Assembly (NCBI RefSeq): GCF_006345805.1
Contig: NW_021833783.1
Coordinates: forward strand, 1-64,000
Source: Octopus sinensis
Lineage: Eukaryota
DNA length: 64,000 bases
Reading direction: 5' to 3'
This document shows positions 63,961 through 64,000 of the stretch, piece after piece; position 1 is the first letter of the stretch; every line of letters starts with the position of its first letter. Made by a program: the position numbers and the translations under genes. The notes under the pieces are model-generated. The model worked only from the letters and a program-made list of their open reading frames with translations. It was not told the origin of the DNA and did no database searches.

Positions 63961-64000
63961 GAAGTCCCTCTGCATCGCACCTGTGTAGGGGTTTTATACA

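Overview
Eukaryotic, very AT-rich, repeat-saturated genomic DNA. It is most likely a coleoid cephalopod (Octopus-like); this is inferred from the tRNA-derived SINE families and the microsatellite load and is not verified. No host protein-coding gene can be recognised with confidence. Nearly all ORFs in the supplied track are read-throughs of microsatellites or SINEs. The only possible host-gene traces are a GC-rich exon-like island at 10818-10950 and a promoter-like island at about 28890-29090. The window holds about 40 copies or fragments of tRNA-headed SINEs (my labels: families A and B, plus heads C and E combined with four different tails T1-T4). It also has a near-full-length mariner with intact TIRs (19061-20333), other mariner and maT-like relics, several MITEs, and fragments of CR1/Jockey-type, Tx1/L1-type, R4/Dong-type and Penelope (GIY-YIG) retroelements. 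The most interesting signals are the combinatorial head-by-tail SINE matrix, the repeated close inverted pairs of same-family SINEs (candidate dsRNA/ADAR substrates), and minimal hammerhead-like motifs in Penelope-like relics. Also notable are a 133-bp near-perfect hairpin and a SINE A-box that doubles as a perfect 5' splice donor. Family names A-E and T1-T4 are working labels only; no database search was possible. Boundaries of degenerate elements are approximate (plus or minus 10-30 bp).
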